Below the pieces are notes generated by a model that did no database searches, was not told where the DNA came from, and worked only from the letters and a program-made list of their open reading frames with translations. The position numbers were made by a program, and so were the translations under genes. A stretch of 64,000 nt of DNA. It comes from an uncultured virus (IMG/VR IMGVR_UViG_3300023180_000043). Its lineage: Duplodnaviria > Heunggongvirae > Uroviricota > Caudoviricetes. The stretch is from the IMG/VR virus record IMGVR_UViG_3300023180_000043, one strand, 5' to 3'. This document shows positions 28,483-38,300 of the stretch, piece after piece; the stretch's first letter is position 1; each line of letters starts with the position of its first letter.

Positions 28483-28858
28483 GACAAACTTTCCCGTTGC
28501 GACTTATATTAAGTTTTCAACATCAGACTCCAGTCTGGTTGTAGGTGATGTAGTTGCATTAGAGGCAGGGGTTTCAAACAGTGTCATTAGAGCTGACGCT
28601 TCAGATGAAACAAAAATGCCTGCTATAGGAATAGCGAAGTCAGTTGGCTCATCATCTGCTATAATACAATTAAACTATAGTTATAGGTTACCGTACAGTA
28701 TTAGCATATCAGCAGGGGACGAGATTTACGTTGACCCTGCAAATCCAGGTAAAGTTATTAGCACCGTGCCGACCACCGGCATTTTACAGAAAATAGGAAA
28801 CGCAAAGAATTCAAACACAATCTTATTATCTATCGATAACTTTTCAATAAATTTATAA
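28472..28858 (+). CDS. capsid-cement/DUF2190-like small beta protein
   Basis: GDVV..RADAS..PAIGIA..GDEIYV..PG.V..P..QKIG pattern; start adjusted for SD spacing. Confidence 0.6.
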   Translation: MPVKTNFPVATYIKFSTSDSSLVVGDVVALEAGVSNSVIRADASDETKMPAIGIAKSVGSSSAIIQLNYSYRLPYSISISAGDEIYVDPANPGKVISTVPTTGILQKIGNAKNSNTILLSIDNFSINL

Positions 28859-28870
28859 TGGAGGCCAATC

Positions 28871-30418
28871 ATGGCTGATTTTAAAGTAATTGTCCGTAAT
28901 AGCGGCAAACTTTCTGAAAGTGCTTTAGGCGCAGGTGACCATCTTCTAGTTTCTGGAGCTGATGGTATTAAAGTAAAAGACGGAGGAACAATTGGATCCG
29001 CTACTGACCCTGATGCTATTACAATCGCATCAAGCGGTAACGTAACACTATCTCAAAATCTTGTCGTTACCGGGGACTTGAGTGTTTCAGGGGCTAATAA
29101 TGTAATTTCTTCTACAGTAGTTCAGTACGAGGATACTCTTCTCGAACTAGGTATGGAAGACAATGGAGCCGGCGGAGTACAAGTTCCTACAGTACAGTCC
29201 ACTAAAGACGTTGGTCTTATCTTCCACGTTCATGACGGATCAAGTGCTGGTAAAGGTGCTCTTTTCTTTGATGCTACTGACGGAGAGTATTATCTTCACT
29301 CAGGAGTAACAGAGACTCTTGGTGTATTGTCCGGCGGCTCCGCGGCTACTTTAAACGCTGCATTCGTAGGAGACCTTACTGGGGATGTGACAGGTAATGC
29401 TGATACCGCAACTGCCTTAGCCACTACAAGATCTATTGGATTGGGTGGGGATCTTTCAGGTTCTGCTAACTTCGACGGATCTGCTAATATTACTATCACA
29501 GCAACAATTGCAAATACGTCTGTAGAATCTGGAATGTTAAATACAAACGTTATTACTGGTCAGACTGCGCTAAGTGCAGCTCCAGCTAGTGATGATAGCT
29601 TGTTGATTTATGATACTAGTGCTACAGCACTTAAAGAAGTTACTGTTTCAGAACTTCTTACAAATGCAGGTACTTTTAGTAGTTTTGACGTAGCCGCTGA
29701 CAGTGGTTCTGCTGAGCAAGTAGACGATGGAGAAACTCTGACAATCTCCGGTACTACAAATCAAGTATCTACAGCCGTAAGCGCTACTAACACTGTCACT
29801 ATTAGTATTGATAGTACTGTTGATTTTAAGCTCGGGAGTGACCAGTCTTTTGGCTATGCCACTCCTACTGGTACTGACGTTAGTGGTCATAATGTTAACA
29901 TCAAAGGCCAACGCTCAACTGGAGCTGGCGGCGGCGGTGAAGTTCGATTGTTTTCTACTAATGTAGGAGGCTCTGGATCTTCTTTAAATGATGAGGTTAA
30001 GGTATTTGCAGCTACTTCACAGGGCGCAGAGTTCTACTCAGAACAACTACAGGTACTTAAGCTGAACGCCTCATCTGGTACGATTGCTAGATTTCAGTTA
30101 GTTGGTGTAGACTTAGCTAAAGCAACATCAGCAGATGCTGCAGTTATCGGCATGCACGGAAGTTTCGTAGACGCAGACACCACAACTAACCCGATTGTAT
30201 TGCTTGCAAACAATCAAGTAATTCAGACTAATGGCGCTGCGGATCTAAGCTCGTTTAGTGCCGGTGATCAGATTTTCTTAGATAATAGTGGAGGTCTTAC
30301 AAACTCCACTGGCAGTATTACAAATAACATTTACCAAGTTGGATATGTTGTCGATCCAGGCACTGGCGCCGATGACGGCGTTTTTTACTTAGACGTTAAG
30401 CATCTGATGTCTCTATAA
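28871..30418 (+). CDS. fibre-like virion protein (515 aa) with C-terminal cement-like domain
   Basis: GDLTGDVTGNADTATAL.T.R.I.LGGDLSGSANFDGS fibre repeat; GGAGG SD. Confidence 0.75.
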   Translation: MADFKVIVRNSGKLSESALGAGDHLLVSGADGIKVKDGGTIGSATDPDAITIASSGNVTLSQNLVVTGDLSVSGANNVISSTVVQYEDTLLELGMEDNGAGGVQVPTVQSTKDVGLIFHVHDGSSAGKGALFFDATDGEYYLHSGVTETLGVLSGGSAATLNAAFVGDLTGDVTGNADTATALATTRSIGLGGDLSGSANFDGSANITITATIANTSVESGMLNTNVITGQTALSAAPASDDSLLIYDTSATALKEVTVSELLTNAGTFSSFDVAADSGSAEQVDDGETLTISGTTNQVSTAVSATNTVTISIDSTVDFKLGSDQSFGYATPTGTDVSGHNVNIKGQRSTGAGGGGEVRLFSTNVGGSGSSLNDEVKVFAATSQGAEFYSEQLQVLKLNASSGTIARFQLVGVDLAKATSADAAVIGMHGSFVDADTTTNPIVLLANNQVIQTNGAADLSSFSAGDQIFLDNSGGLTNSTGSITNNIYQVGYVVDPGTGADDGVFYLDVKHLMSL

Positions 30419-30438
30419 TCTATCTAGTATGTTATAAC

Positions 30439-30476
30439 AGAAGGTGGGATGGGTTTTGGCTCGCCCACCTTTTTCT
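30439..30476 (+). terminator. intrinsic terminator
   Basis: AAGGTGGG/CCCACCTT stem followed by a T-tract, after the fibre gene. Confidence 0.65.
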
Positions 30477-30491
30477 ATGTGGAGATACAGT

Positions 30492-30785
30492 ATGAAACAA
30501 ATGCAAGTAGGGTTGGGTGAAGCAATTAAACGTGTTAACTTACTTCATTCTAAACAGTCTAGAGGAATCTTAAAGGGCGCAGAAAAAGAAGAGCACGATC
30601 TTTTGATGACAGCACTAGACAATATTAAAATAGACTTGGGGTTTGATTGCGATGGTGATGGTATACCGGATAGTATTGAAATCTTTACAAAAACGGCCAA
30701 GACTAGCTGTTGCAGGCTTATTGGCCTTGATGAAAGCTCTAAACCAAAGAGAAGAAAAACTTCAAGTAGAAGCAAGCGAAAATAA
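30492..30785 (+). CDS. hypothetical protein with DCDGDG motif
   Basis: GGAG SD; start adjusted to MKQMQ. Confidence 0.75.
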   Translation: MKQMQVGLGEAIKRVNLLHSKQSRGILKGAEKEEHDLLMTALDNIKIDLGFDCDGDGIPDSIEIFTKTAKTSCCRLIGLDESSKPKRRKTSSRSKRK

Positions 30786-30840
30786 ATGCGAGTGTTGCGA
30801 GTGCGACCCTTGCGATTGTCATGGAGTGTGTGATGGGTGA
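30730..30840 (+). CDS. Cys-rich micro-protein (36 aa, metallothionein-like)
   Basis: CECCECDPCDCHGVC (7 Cys in 15 aa) fills the 30786-30832 gap. Confidence 0.55.
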   Translation: MKALNQREEKLQVEASENKCECCECDPCDCHGVCDG

Positions 30841-31390
30841 TAAGGCAGTTACTTTTGTAAATGGAAGAATGAAACAAACTACTGACACAGGTACAGTAGA
30901 CTTTGACGGAAATGTAAATCTGGGGAACGCAGATTCTGACAATATTGTATTCAATGGAGAAGTAGACTCGGACATTCTTCCTGATGACAATAATACGTAT
31001 GATCTCGGTTCCAGTACGAAGCGTTGGGCAGAAGTACATGCCCAGCAAGCTTACTTTGAAGACTATATAATGGCGGAGCTTTCTATAGCTGGATTGGATA
31101 TTCAAGCTGATACAAATGCCTTTACCTTTAACTGTCCCTACAACATGACCTTTGAACGAATGGATGCATACCTTGATACTGTAGGTGGCGGGGACCTTGA
31201 TGTTGAAATGCGTAATGTAACGGACAACAATCAGATATTCTTAATTCAAGATATGAATAGTATGTCTGCAAGTGACACTACTGCGTCTAATCAGGATGTA
31301 GATACTGGAGATATAATTAGGTTTCAGATATCGAATGTAACTGGATCCCCTCAAGGCCTTAGAGTGAATGTTAGATTTCGGAGACGTTAA
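30833..31390 (+). CDS. short fibre/spike-like virion protein
   Basis: GNVNLGN.DSD....ILPD.NNTYDLGSSTKRW fibre motif; beta-sandwich C-terminus; GGAG SD. Confidence 0.7.
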   Translation: MGDKAVTFVNGRMKQTTDTGTVDFDGNVNLGNADSDNIVFNGEVDSDILPDDNNTYDLGSSTKRWAEVHAQQAYFEDYIMAELSIAGLDIQADTNAFTFNCPYNMTFERMDAYLDTVGGGDLDVEMRNVTDNNQIFLIQDMNSMSASDTTASNQDVDTGDIIRFQISNVTGSPQGLRVNVRFRRR

Positions 31391-31977
31391 TGCCGATTAT
31401 TCATAGAAAACAGCTGGCATCTGGTCTATACATCAGAAAGTTTGACGCGTATATTAATACTGATACTGGCGGGTCTCACCCCAGCACTAACGATGACCCG
31501 GGCCTGCTAGAGGGTAATCTAGATAGCAACTGGTCGGGTGAAGGTGCTATCACTACAGTTAACCGAGGCACGGGCAACATTGCAGATATAGACACACACG
31601 TAGTGTGTGGCGTAATAAGGCCAGATGTAAGTGGAACATGGCAGTTTAGAATTAGAGCAGACGACGCTGGGTATCTTTGGGTAGGCTCTAATGCAGAGCC
31701 CCTAGAGTGGGACCTTAATAAAAATAATGCAGTAGGGGATGCGGGCGGAGCCCACGGAGAAGTTAACGGAGACGGATCTGTTACCCTTACAGCTGGCCAA
31801 CTTTATGCAATTAAGGCTATGGTTGGCGACCGTGGAGGCGGCGACGCATTTCGTATAGACTTTTCTGGTCCAACAGGCTCTCAGTGGTCAGCTGCACTGA
31901 GTAATACAGGCCGAGATGGTACAGGCTTTTATTTTCACAACCCTTCTGCACCGAATGGTTACAATCTGAATTCTTAG
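31390..31977 (+). CDS. PA14/GLEYA-like carbohydrate-binding protein
   Basis: G.IRPDVSGTWQFRIRADDAGYLWVG..HG..VTLTAGQLYAI..GGG motif. Confidence 0.8.
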   Translation: MPIIHRKQLASGLYIRKFDAYINTDTGGSHPSTNDDPGLLEGNLDSNWSGEGAITTVNRGTGNIADIDTHVVCGVIRPDVSGTWQFRIRADDAGYLWVGSNAEPLEWDLNKNNAVGDAGGAHGEVNGDGSVTLTAGQLYAIKAMVGDRGGGDAFRIDFSGPTGSQWSAALSNTGRDGTGFYFHNPSAPNGYNLNS

Positions 31978-31985
31978 GAGTAAAC

Positions 31986-32309
31986 ATGGAAATCCTAATT
32001 TTAATGGCAATGTATGGCTTAACTTTTGCGCTGCAGCATAAGATTCCTGCAATCTTTATGAAAGAAACTTATAGGGAACTTTCTGCCTCTAGTCTTAAAT
32101 CCAAATTATTAAGTTGCACGTTTTGTATGGGCTTTCATTCAGGTTGGTTAGTATACCTCCTGTCAATATTAGATGATTTGAATAGCTTCACCGCAGGCAA
32201 TTTTGTTATTTTTGCATTTGCAGGGTCAGCATTCAGTTATACTATTGACACTTACGTACAAAAACTTGAACAGTCGGGGTTAGGAAATGAGGACGTCTAC
32301 GAGGAATAG
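31986..32309 (+). CDS. small membrane protein, DUF1360-like (possibly lysis-related)
   Basis: Three hydrophobic segments; LLSCTFCMGFHSGW. Confidence 0.55.
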   Translation: MEILILMAMYGLTFALQHKIPAIFMKETYRELSASSLKSKLLSCTFCMGFHSGWLVYLLSILDDLNSFTAGNFVIFAFAGSAFSYTIDTYVQKLEQSGLGNEDVYEE

Positions 32310-33252
32310 TCAATTCTATGAGATGTTCACAGCCTATGACTATGATGGAGTATCAAAGCTAAGCGGATTATCGGAAGACAACGGTGAGCTTTCATTCTCT
32401 TTTTATAAGAATGGTACAGAAATAGCAGACCAGACATATACAGTAACAGAGGTCGGATCGACTGGAACATACACATTAAATACTACATTTGCAACGACAG
32501 GATACTGGAGTATCTTTATCAGTATTATTGATGCTGATACAACAGACATCATATCAGAGCTTAGAACGGATGTAGAAGTAACTTCTTACAATATAGATGA
32601 TGTATATACAGAGGTAGGAGATTCCAGTGGGTCTGGCATTGGAAATGAGACCTGTGCAATCACTGTTGAAGATACGAATAACGATGATGCGCTCGTAGCT
32701 CAAGTGGCCATAAATGTTTTTAATGAGGATAAGACTGTATTTGTAACCTATGGATATACGGATACCGACGGAGAGATTACTTTCTATCTAGACGCTGGGA
32801 CCTACAAGCTGGTTCCATATAAGATCGGTTACTCCGTCTCTGATACAACGATTACTGTTGCAGATAACGGAGGAATCGGAACTCAAACTTACACAGTAAA
32901 CGTAGAAAGTGTAAATGTAGTCGCTCCGACGCAGGCTGGTGTATGTAGATTGTACGCAGACTTCAAAGATCAAGGCGGCTCTCCGATTGCAAACTTTAAA
33001 GTTTCTGTTACAACAATCTACGATGCATCTTCGCTAAGTTTAAGCGTCACCGAGTCTAGAAAGATCTACACGGCAAACGCATCTGGTCACGTTCAGTTTG
33101 ATATTGTGCAAGGACTTAAGATCGAGGTGAGTTTGGTTGGGACAGAGGTTACTTCTGTAATTACAGTTCCATCCTCGAGTGTCGCTAACTTGATGGATCT
33201 TCTTGACACCGCTGATAGCCCAACAGGTGGTCTGGCAATTATTACGATCTAG
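32287..33252 (+). CDS. Ig/carboxypeptidase-regulatory-like beta-sandwich virion protein
   Basis: Acidic and Thr-rich; TDTDGEITFYLDAGTYKL..KIGY motif. Confidence 0.65.
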   Translation: MRTSTRNSQFYEMFTAYDYDGVSKLSGLSEDNGELSFSFYKNGTEIADQTYTVTEVGSTGTYTLNTTFATTGYWSIFISIIDADTTDIISELRTDVEVTSYNIDDVYTEVGDSSGSGIGNETCAITVEDTNNDDALVAQVAINVFNEDKTVFVTYGYTDTDGEITFYLDAGTYKLVPYKIGYSVSDTTITVADNGGIGTQTYTVNVESVNVVAPTQAGVCRLYADFKDQGGSPIANFKVSVTTIYDASSLSLSVTESRKIYTANASGHVQFDIVQGLKIEVSLVGTEVTSVITVPSSSVANLMDLLDTADSPTGGLAIITI

Positions 33253-33260
33253 GAGATAGT

Positions 33261-34070
33261 ATGAATACAATGAATGCATTACTAGGGGTACCTGAAACTG
33301 TTCATTTAGATAGTACAGAACTTATAACAGGTTTAACGCTTACAGATTTTACTGTTTCCGCCTTTTCTGATACGTCTAATGTTTCCAGCTCTTTAACAAT
33401 AACTGTGTCTGAGATATCTGCAACGCACTACGTAGCTTCTGTAAGTTTTCCTGAAGCAGGAAACTACTTTATCTCATTTACGTATGGATCTTACACAGAG
33501 AAGTACCAGGTGGGTGTAGAGCGAGAAGATACAGCACTACTAGCCTTAAGGTCTGGAAGCTCTGAGTCTGACTATGAAATCACTGTAGAGGATGACGAGT
33601 CTGCTATAATCTCTGGAGCTACTGTTCGTGTATTCAACTCTACAGAAACAAAACTGCTTACTAAAGGTACTACAAACACCTCTGGCAAGGTAACTTTTGC
33701 GCTACCTGTAGGCACTTACAAGGTAAGAGCTTCTAAATCTGGGTATTCTTTTACAAGCATCAACCCTACTACAATAGTTGTAACGGCCACTGATACAGTG
33801 AATCCAGTCATAGAGGAGTTTGTTCCAGAGTCTGTGTCTGCAAGTGATATTCTCTGTATAAAAGGGCTACACTTTTCCAGTAATACAGTGGCATTCTTAG
33901 ATGGCACTGAAGTAGCCTTATCTTCTATATCAAAAGACGGAAAGGTGGTATTAGTGAATATACCTGCAGACGCAGCTGATAGCATTTCTGTACAGTTGGG
34001 CAATCCAGATTCGGCAAACCCCGGCTCCCACCTTAAGTCTAAACTTTACAATCTATTGGTTACAGCATGA
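33261..34070 (+). CDS. Ig/CarboxypepD_reg + IPT/TIG-like virion protein
   Basis: ISGATVRV..TNTSGKVTF.LPVGTYKVRASKSGY; P.I...PES...IKGLHF. Confidence 0.65.
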   Translation: MNTMNALLGVPETVHLDSTELITGLTLTDFTVSAFSDTSNVSSSLTITVSEISATHYVASVSFPEAGNYFISFTYGSYTEKYQVGVEREDTALLALRSGSSESDYEITVEDDESAIISGATVRVFNSTETKLLTKGTTNTSGKVTFALPVGTYKVRASKSGYSFTSINPTTIVVTATDTVNPVIEEFVPESVSASDILCIKGLHFSSNTVAFLDGTEVALSSISKDGKVVLVNIPADAADSISVQLGNPDSANPGSHLKSKLYNLLVTA

Positions 34071-34702
34071 GTTTAAAGAGAAAAGTATTGGGCGCAGGCA
34101 CATTAGGATTGGCTAGCATCCCTTTGATGGGTGACCTGGCTGACAAGACTACTCCTAAGTATCAACGTAATCAGCCTACCCAGTTCATCAGAAGAGGTAG
34201 GGTTGTAGAGAACCCTTTTGAAAAACGGAGAAAGTCTAGAAGAAAGGCAATGCAAACTGCTGGGGCAATTGCTGCTGGTACTTTTGGTGCTGCTAAAGTT
34301 CCTAAACTTATTGGTACTGTATCAAAAAGTTTAGGAAACAGAGAGTTTAAAAACACTACAAACTCTATCGATACAGCAATTGCTATTGCAAAGAGATACC
34401 AGGCAGAGGTTGGCGATAAGGCACTGATGGAGCCCTTGCTATTTAAAAGACACGAAAAGCAGTTCTTAAAGGCGTCTGACGATATTAAAAAACTAACCGC
34501 TCTGAAGAAAAGTTTTACAAAACAAAAAGTCAAAGACATTCGTGGAAAGCAGTTATTAGGTTTAAGAGGAACTGGAACACAAAAGAAAGTAGATCAGATC
34601 ATTGGCTCTCCTACAGTCTTTGGATCTTCAACTAAGGTACAGAAACTTGATCCAGATCATCTGTATCATATATACTCTTCAAAATTAAATAAGATGAGGT
34701 AG
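34067..34702 (+). CDS. basic Gly/Ala-helix protein
   Basis: ATGA coupling; Lys/Arg-rich among acidic neighbours. Confidence 0.75.
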   Translation: MSLKRKVLGAGTLGLASIPLMGDLADKTTPKYQRNQPTQFIRRGRVVENPFEKRRKSRRKAMQTAGAIAAGTFGAAKVPKLIGTVSKSLGNREFKNTTNSIDTAIAIAKRYQAEVGDKALMEPLLFKRHEKQFLKASDDIKKLTALKKSFTKQKVKDIRGKQLLGLRGTGTQKKVDQIIGSPTVFGSSTKVQKLDPDHLYHIYSSKLNKMR

Positions 34703-34704
34703 GT

Positions 34705-35373
34705 ATGAGCAACTCAATTACACTAAGCGGTAGTAGTGTATCCCAAACTGACGCAGAGACTCCTGATTACTGTGTTGTATCTGGTTATCTTCAGGATATT
34801 CAAGGCTCTATGATGAAGGGGCGATACCTTATTGTTCGATACTTCAGTAACCCAGCAGCAATATCGACTGGGAATCTTATCTTAGGGGAGAAGGTTATAG
34901 TCCGTGCAGATACGAATGGTAGGGTATCTGTCAAGCTCCTGCAAGGTTCTAAAGTAAAGATTGAGATTCCGAATCGTAGGCTTGATATGATCCGAATGTG
35001 TAACATCCCAGAGGAGACAACTGCTGATTTAATCGATATCATCTTCCCTAGAGTTGTTTCAGCAGCATTTGACGTTGCTTCTAAAAATATTTCTATTGGA
35101 GCCGAGTATAACCCAGTAGTGAATGCGACGATGAGCGATGGTGAAACCTTAGACGTAACTACTTACGCAACCATTGCCAGCTCTAATACAGGCATTGCCT
35201 CCCTTACTGGAAAGACAGTTAAGGGTGTATCTACTGGAACTAGCACTTTATCTATAACTGCACTCGATACGGACAAACTAAACTCAAGACAAGAGCCTGA
35301 TGGTGACGTTATTAAAGTGCAAGGTGAGTCTGATCCTGATATAAGTAGTACAATGGATATTGTTGTATCGTGA
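34705..35373 (+). CDS. virion protein with C-terminal Big_2-like Ig domain
   Basis: ATMSDG.T.DVT......SSNTGIASL....VKGVSTGTSTLSI; GAGGT SD. Confidence 0.7.
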   Translation: MSNSITLSGSSVSQTDAETPDYCVVSGYLQDIQGSMMKGRYLIVRYFSNPAAISTGNLILGEKVIVRADTNGRVSVKLLQGSKVKIEIPNRRLDMIRMCNIPEETTADLIDIIFPRVVSAAFDVASKNISIGAEYNPVVNATMSDGETLDVTTYATIASSNTGIASLTGKTVKGVSTGTSTLSITALDTDKLNSRQEPDGDVIKVQGESDPDISSTMDIVVS

Positions 35374-35380
35374 GGTTTAG

Positions 35381-38300
35381 ATGGCAGTACATGGAAGAGA
35401 TAGTCTAGTACGACTTTTAAAAAGATTCTTAGCATCGACTATTAATCCAGCGCAAACGCCAAGCGGTAGCTCAAAAGATAAAGAAGCCTTTGATAATGTA
35501 AAACAGATTATTGCCCTAGCTTTGATAGCGGATACGGGATCAATCTATAATGTTCTTAAGATCGCTGCAGACGAGTACCGTGTATCTCTGGAATCTTACA
35601 TTGCTGACATCGATAACTTATTAAGTGTTGAAGGACTTTTAGGCGTAGGGTCTAATACTGCAGAAAGTATTGATGTAGCAAAACTTAGAAAAGCTGGGGA
35701 TCAGCTTTCTAACCTTAGTAAAGGTAGTCAAAAGAGTTTAGGGCAGGCTACCTCCAGTACACTATCAACATTTCTTCGGGATGAGATGGTTCAGCTATCT
35801 TTGTTGGGTAGCACGAAGAGATCCTTAATCAACATTCGTGAGTTCGAGAAGAAGATCTCCAACGCGTGGTCAGACATTGTCAGTAAGAAAAAAGACCTTT
35901 ACAAAGTAGTATCTAACTTTTCAAAGGATGATCTAATAACGGGTGCATTGGAGAACGCTGTTTCCGTAATGCAGCAGGATATTAATATCGCCGCTGAATT
36001 ACTAGCATTTGGGACCTCTGAAGACTTTGCAGACATCTCTAGAGCTGTAGAGTTGTTAACGGCAGGAACAAAGGAATTTCTAGACTTCATTTTTAACGGT
36101 GAAGACCCCTTAGGTACAACCATTGTTGATCCCTCTACAGGTTTTACGCCTTTTAAGCCTGAAGTCATTCAGGGGACTGGTGATCTTCTGCCACCCTCTT
36201 ATATTGCCAAAGGCGATAGCCATAGACCTTTCCTAGATCATCTTATAGGCTCTACTGGTGGGTATGCTGAAAACTTACCCACCATTGATAAGAAGGGCGT
36301 CGTACAAACTAGGGATGAGACTTTTGACTTATCTTCTGTCGTCGACTCCACTACAAACAGTGGAACGATATATTTTATTGTAGATGGTAATACAACAGAA
36401 AGTGTGAGCATAACTACAGCAGAACTTCTCGATGTTAGCAACTGGGCTGATCCTTATGCCGTTACGAAAAATGAATTGTATTCATTCCTAATCAACAAGT
36501 ACTCCTTTGTATGGACAGCCCTATCTTTAATGATATCTGGAAATGGTCTTGCTTTCATCACACAATCCTCTAACAAAAATGAATCAACTTTAGAGGTTGG
36601 CCCAGACTCTTACCTACCCTTTTTAGAAGCCCTTGGTATATCAGAAGGTGCGTTTTCAAGAGGGGCATCCATATCTAAGAAGTTCAAAGACACAAATATT
36701 ACAACGACAAGTTCAAGCTGGAATGATAGCCCAGTTTCTTTAAGAACTGATGGGAATGAGGAGTACCATTTAATTACGCAAAGCGATGCTGCGATCCAGA
36801 GTGTTACTTCCGTTACAGAAGATGATCTCTTTATTGAAATTAGTCCCGGTGTCGATGAGGCAACCACGAATGCGCCATACGCTATTACGGTAAAAAGACC
36901 AGGAACTTATGTTCAACCTGCAAAGAGAACACTAGGAACACTCAGTCAAGTACCCGTTAGAAAGCCTCCCTCCGCTACGAGCTACTTAGGAGAGGAGTTA
37001 AGTGGTGGCTTCATTGTTCATGAAGGTAAGACAGGAAAAATACAATCTACTGTTTTGACAATCCCGAACTACGATGAGTCTTTGTCTTCCTTGAAAGGGT
37101 CTACGTGGAATGGGTACGGTACTCACGGATACTGGAAACCAGTTATTAAGTCTAGAGGTAAGTTTAAGCATGCTAGAGTAACTGGAACAGGCACTCCTGC
37201 CCCGCTGAAGGCCGCGGGGGGCAGTAATAATTATGTGAGGCCCGGACTTAATAGATTTGGTAACAGTAGCCATGGAGGAAACTTCTATGGAAATGGCGTT
37301 CTTGGGGATAAGAGCGATATAACAATATATAACGCCCTAATAGATTTCCTCGTCCCTTCTCCTCCAGTAGACGCCGGCGATAATGAGGCTTACAATATTT
37401 ACTTTAGAGATTCCTCTCATAGTAGTTCTGCCCCTGTAACAGGAGTAGGCTTTGGCCCACAGGTGTATGATTTTAAGTTAGGGGATTACTTTAGAATTGC
37501 TTCTTATGACGCAGGAGCTGATGGTACGGGCAGTCTTGGGGCAGGATCAAACTATACATCTGGATCTGTAGGTTCAAATATACTGAATAATGGTCATCGT
37601 ATCCAACAGATCCGAAACTGGTACCCAACTCATACATTTTCAAGTCTTAAGTTCTTACCTGCGGCTGACCTACCGTTGGGTATAAACGCTAATGCCGTTA
37701 ACTTAATGGACACTGCGTATGATTTAGACCCAAGTTTAGGGTTAGAGATCGATGGTATAAATATTGAGATAATACATGCGCACAAGTTTATTGATACATC
37801 AGCTGATTTTACAAGTGATGGGATCGCTCCAGGTGATATCATCATCCTGCATGAAACAGACTTAGGCCCCTCATATATTAGCTCTAGTCGATATATACCA
37901 AATGACTCCTCCGTGTCTTCGGCTACAGGTTTAGCAACAGAAGAGTCAAAGCAGAAGTTTGACACCTCTTGGATTAAGGCATTTGAGGTTGCTTATGTAC
38001 ATAACAAAACAACGTTATTTTTAAATACAGGATGGGTCGAAGGCGGAACACTCTTAACCTACAACAAAAACCTTTTCATATCTCCGTTTACGACCAACTC
38101 AGGATACCTTGATCTCCCGCAACCTGCTTTTACCCTTGATTCTCAGTATCCATATAATAATGTCACTGATGGGTATAACTGCTGGTACCAGGTGTTACGG
38201 AGAGGGTCTGTAGATTATAGTGACGATACAGTATTTGAAGATGATGCAATTCCAAACTTAGTTGCATTTATGGATAGCGACTATTATACCTTGTATCAAT

